This document shows positions 61,528-64,000 of a stretch of DNA of 64,000 nucleotides, in pieces. The stretch is from assembly GCA_965231925.1 (NCBI GenBank), contig OZ246894.1, forward strand, positions 2,491,384 to 2,555,383. Reading direction: 5' to 3'. Position 1 is the stretch's first letter. The number at the start of each line of letters is the position of its first letter. Under the pieces are notes generated by a model that was not told where the DNA came from, did not search any database, and worked only from the letters and a program-made list of their open reading frames with translations. The stretch comes from Acidimicrobiales bacterium. GTDB taxonomy: Bacteria > Actinomycetota > Acidimicrobiia > Acidimicrobiales > Poriferisodalaceae. A program made the position numbers and the translations under genes.

Positions 61528-64000
61528 ATGACAGGTGCGCGCGCCCGGCTTGCGGCCGACATCGGCGGCACATTTACCGACATCGCACTCGAGGTGGTCG
61601 GCGGCGGCGCTCCGGTCCTTCACACCACCAAGGTGCTCACTACCGCTGACGCGCCCGCCGATGCAGTGCTCGACGGCGTCCGCAGCGTTCTTCACGAGGC
61701 AAGCGTTGTTCCTGGCGATGTCGAGGTGTTCATCCACGGCACAACGCTCGCCACGAACGCCCTCATCGAGCGTCGCGGCGCACGCACCGCACTGCTGACC
61801 ACCCAAGGCATCCGCGACTCGGTCGAGATGGCGCACGAGAATCGGTTCGAGCAATACGACCTGTACATGCGCCGACCAGAACCGCTCGTGCCGCGCAACC
61901 GGCGCGTCGGCATCCCAGAGCGGCTCGCCGCCGATGGCACGGTGTTGATGCCGTTGGACGAAGGCGCCGTGCGGGACGCTGCGGCTTCGCTGGCGGCCGA
62001 TGGCGTGAGCAGCGTTGCCGTCGGCTACCTGCACTCGTACCTCGACGCCCGACACGAGCAGCGCACGGCCGAGATCCTGGCCGATTGCTGGCCTGAGGCG
62101 ACCGTGACGCTCTCCAGCGAGGTTTGTCCGGAGATCCGCGAGTACGAGCGATTCTCCACCGCGTGTGCGAATGCCTACATCGCACCGCTCATGCGGCGCT
62201 ATCTGACCGATCTGGACGCGCGGCTGGCGGCCCTGGGCTTGGGCTGCGAAGTGTTTCTCATGACCTCCGGCGGCGGGCTCGGCACGCTTGGCGAGGCGTT
62301 GCGCTTCCCTGTCCGGCTGATCGAGAGCGGCCCTGCGGGCGGCGCATTGCTGGCGTCGCAGATCGCGCGCGGCCTCGACTGCGAACGGGCCCTCAGCTTC
62401 GACATGGGCGGCACGACCGCCAAGCTGTGCATCGTCGAGGGCGGTCACCCCCGTACGAACCGGGAATTCGAGGTGGGCCGCGAGTACCGCTTCCTGGCGG
62501 GCAGCGGGCTCCCGTTGCGCCTGCCGGTGATCGAAATGGTCGAGATCGGTGCCGGGGGCGGCTCGATTGCCAGCCTGGACGCGCTCGGGCGCATCAGCGT
62601 CGGGCCGGCCAGCGCCGGTTCCGAGCCAGGGCCCGCGGCCTATGGGCGCGGCGGCGTCGAGCCCACGGTGACCGACGCCGACGCGGTGCTGGGCAGACTG
62701 CTGCCGGAGCGATTCGCCGGCGGGACGATGACGTTCGATATCGATGCCGCCGCCAAGGCTGTCACCACCTCGTTGGCCGAACCGTCAGGCCTGCAGACGA
62801 CCGTTTCTGCCATCGGCATTTCCGAGGTGGTCGACGAGAACATGTCGAATGCCGGACGCGTCCACGCGGCCGACCAGGGCAGCGATATCAGCCGCGGCAC
62901 GCTGATCGCGTTCGGCGGCGCGGCACCGCTGCACGCCGCCCGGGTGGCGGCCAAGCTCGGCATCGACGACATCGTGGTGCCTGCGGGGGCCGGCGTGGGA
63001 TCGGCCATCGGTTTCTTGAGAGCGCCGGTATCCCATGAGTCGGTGCGGACTCGCCACGCCCGCGTGAGCGAGCTGACAGCGGCGAGCTTGGCCGAACTCC
63101 TCGGCGAGATGTCTGGGGAAGCCAACGCAATCGTCCACGCTGCGGCTCCCGACGCACAGACCGCCACACACGCACGCGCCCTCATGCGCTACCGCGGTCA
63201 GGGTCACGAGATCACCGTCGAGATTGACGCCGCAGCGCTGCTGCACGACGACCTCGACAGCCCGAGCGATGGCGAGGTGCGCAGCCAGCTTCGCACTGCG
63301 TTCACGAAGGCCTACCAGCAGCTCTATACGCGACACATAGGCAATCTCGAGATCGAGGTGCTCAGCTGGCTGCTCGAGGTCCGCACTCCGGGGCCCGAAG
63401 TCGCCCCGCTGCACCCCCATGTCGCCGACGAGCCGGTCCACTCCCCCACGACCACGCTCGTGACCGACACCGCCACTGGGCGAGCAGTCGCCCACGCAGT
63501 GTTCGAGCGCGATTCCCTGAGCGAGGGCGCGTGGCTCGTCGGCCCCGCGCTGATCACCGAGGACCAAACGACGACGGTGGTGCCTCCCGGAGGTGTGGCC
63601 ACGGTCATGGCGGGCGGGCATCTGCGGCTCACCGGCGGCGCGGCACCCAGCGGTGCCCGCCAGATCGCCGACATCGAAACCGCATCGATGGGTGCGGGCC
63701 ATGCCGAGGCCGCGCTCGATGCGGTTCGACTCGGCGTGCAGTGGAACCGCCTCATCTCGGTGACTGAAGAGCAGGCGCGGGCGCTGGTGCGAGCAGCCTT
63801 CAGCACGTCGACCCGCGAGGCCGGCGACCTGTCCGCTGGCATCTTCGATCCGCAGGGGCGGATGCTCGCCCAGTCGGTGACCGGCACACCGGGCCATGTG
63901 AACTCCATGGCGTACTCGGTGCTGCACTTTCTGGACCGGTTCCCCGCTTCGCAGATGCGCCCCGGCGACATCTTCCTCACCAACGATCCGTGGAAGGGCA
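61528..64000 (+). CDS. Fused hydantoinase/oxoprolinase A-B protein (HyuA-HyuB, 5-oxoprolinase-like), 3'-partial at the window edge
   Basis: Translated manually from ATG 61528 with no stop to the end of the window. HyuA part: LAADIGGTFTDIAL, HGTTLATNALIERRG, FDMGGTTAK. HyuB start near 63715: DAVRLGVQWNRLISVTEEQARALVRAAFSTSTREAGDLSAGIFD. Absent from the ORF track because it has no stop. Confidence 0.8.
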   Translation, partial: MTGARARLAADIGGTFTDIALEVVGGGAPVLHTTKVLTTADAPADAVLDGVRSVLHEASVVPGDVEVFIHGTTLATNALIERRGARTALLTTQGIRDSVEMAHENRFEQYDLYMRRPEPLVPRNRRVGIPERLAADGTVLMPLDEGAVRDAAASLAADGVSSVAVGYLHSYLDARHEQRTAEILADCWPEATVTLSSEVCPEIREYERFSTACANAYIAPLMRRYLTDLDARLAALGLGCEVFLMTSGGGLGTLGEALRFPVRLIESGPAGGALLASQIARGLDCERALSFDMGGTTAKLCIVEGGHPRTNREFEVGREYRFLAGSGLPLRLPVIEMVEIGAGGGSIASLDALGRISVGPASAGSEPGPAAYGRGGVEPTVTDADAVLGRLLPERFAGGTMTFDIDAAAKAVTTSLAEPSGLQTTVSAIGISEVVDENMSNAGRVHAADQGSDISRGTLIAFGGAAPLHAARVAAKLGIDDIVVPAGAGVGSAIGFLRAPVSHESVRTRHARVSELTAASLAELLGEMSGEANAIVHAAAPDAQTATHARALMRYRGQGHEITVEIDAAALLHDDLDSPSDGEVRSQLRTAFTKAYQQLYTRHIGNLEIEVLSWLLEVRTPGPEVAPLHPHVADEPVHSPTTTLVTDTATGRAVAHAVFERDSLSEGAWLVGPALITEDQTTTVVPPGGVATVMAGGHLRLTGGAAPSGARQIADIETASMGAGHAEAALDAVRLGVQWNRLISVTEEQARALVRAAFSTSTREAGDLSAGIFDPQGRMLAQSVTGTPGHVNSMAYSVLHFLDRFPASQMRPGDIFLTNDPWKG

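Overview
The window is a high-GC chromosomal segment that looks like Actinomycetota. Supporting signs are frequent GTG/TTG starts, many ATGA/GTGA stop-start overlaps, and a DUF222-HNH '13E12-type' gene. I support about 55 protein genes and one tRNA-Ala(GGC). I saw no rRNA, CRISPR array, transposase or integrase.

Most of the window is core or catabolic metabolism:
- a Liv-type substrate-binding lipoprotein;
- a tandem Lrp/AsnC regulator divergent from a 2-oxoacid dehydrogenase operon (fused E1 alpha-beta plus E2);
- a CoxS/CoxL-type molybdenum hydroxylase;
- two unusual tandem-domain family III CoA-transferases;
- several alpha/beta hydrolases;
- an acyl-CoA ligase, a crotonase, a PLP decarboxylase and an aminotransferase;
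- a membrane-anchored molybdopterin oxidoreductase;
- a ProVWX-type betaine ABC transporter;
- ung and ribH;
- a fused hydantoinase/oxoprolinase A-B ORF that runs off the 3' edge.

Two accessory islets interrupt this.
1. 7.1-10.5 kb: VapBC, tRNA-Ala, an orphan ORF and an AbiEi/AbiEii module. The AbiE block abuts the 3' remnant of a Rieske oxygenase gene. It is followed by a probably truncated NicX/M29-like gene and a CoxS gene with an in-frame TGA, so this catabolic cluster appears to be decaying.
2. 14.5-17.8 kb: a DUF222-HNH gene, a second VapBC, and an RHH-MazF pair. The HNH gene's 5' end and putative SOS-like box are tandemly duplicated (111-bp period).

Other items worth follow-up:
- a single polypeptide that combines GAF-PAS-histidine kinase with a complete OmpR-type response regulator;
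- a ProW permease with a ~470-aa multi-TM/coiled-coil C-terminal extension;
- a ~77-nt structured palindromic intergenic element present twice, with compensatory stem substitutions;
- two DUF4143 AAA ATPase paralogs, each preceded by a pair of 23-bp-spaced direct repeats.

No single clearly novel multi-gene system is demonstrable from sequence alone. All functional calls come from motif recognition by eye, not from database searches.
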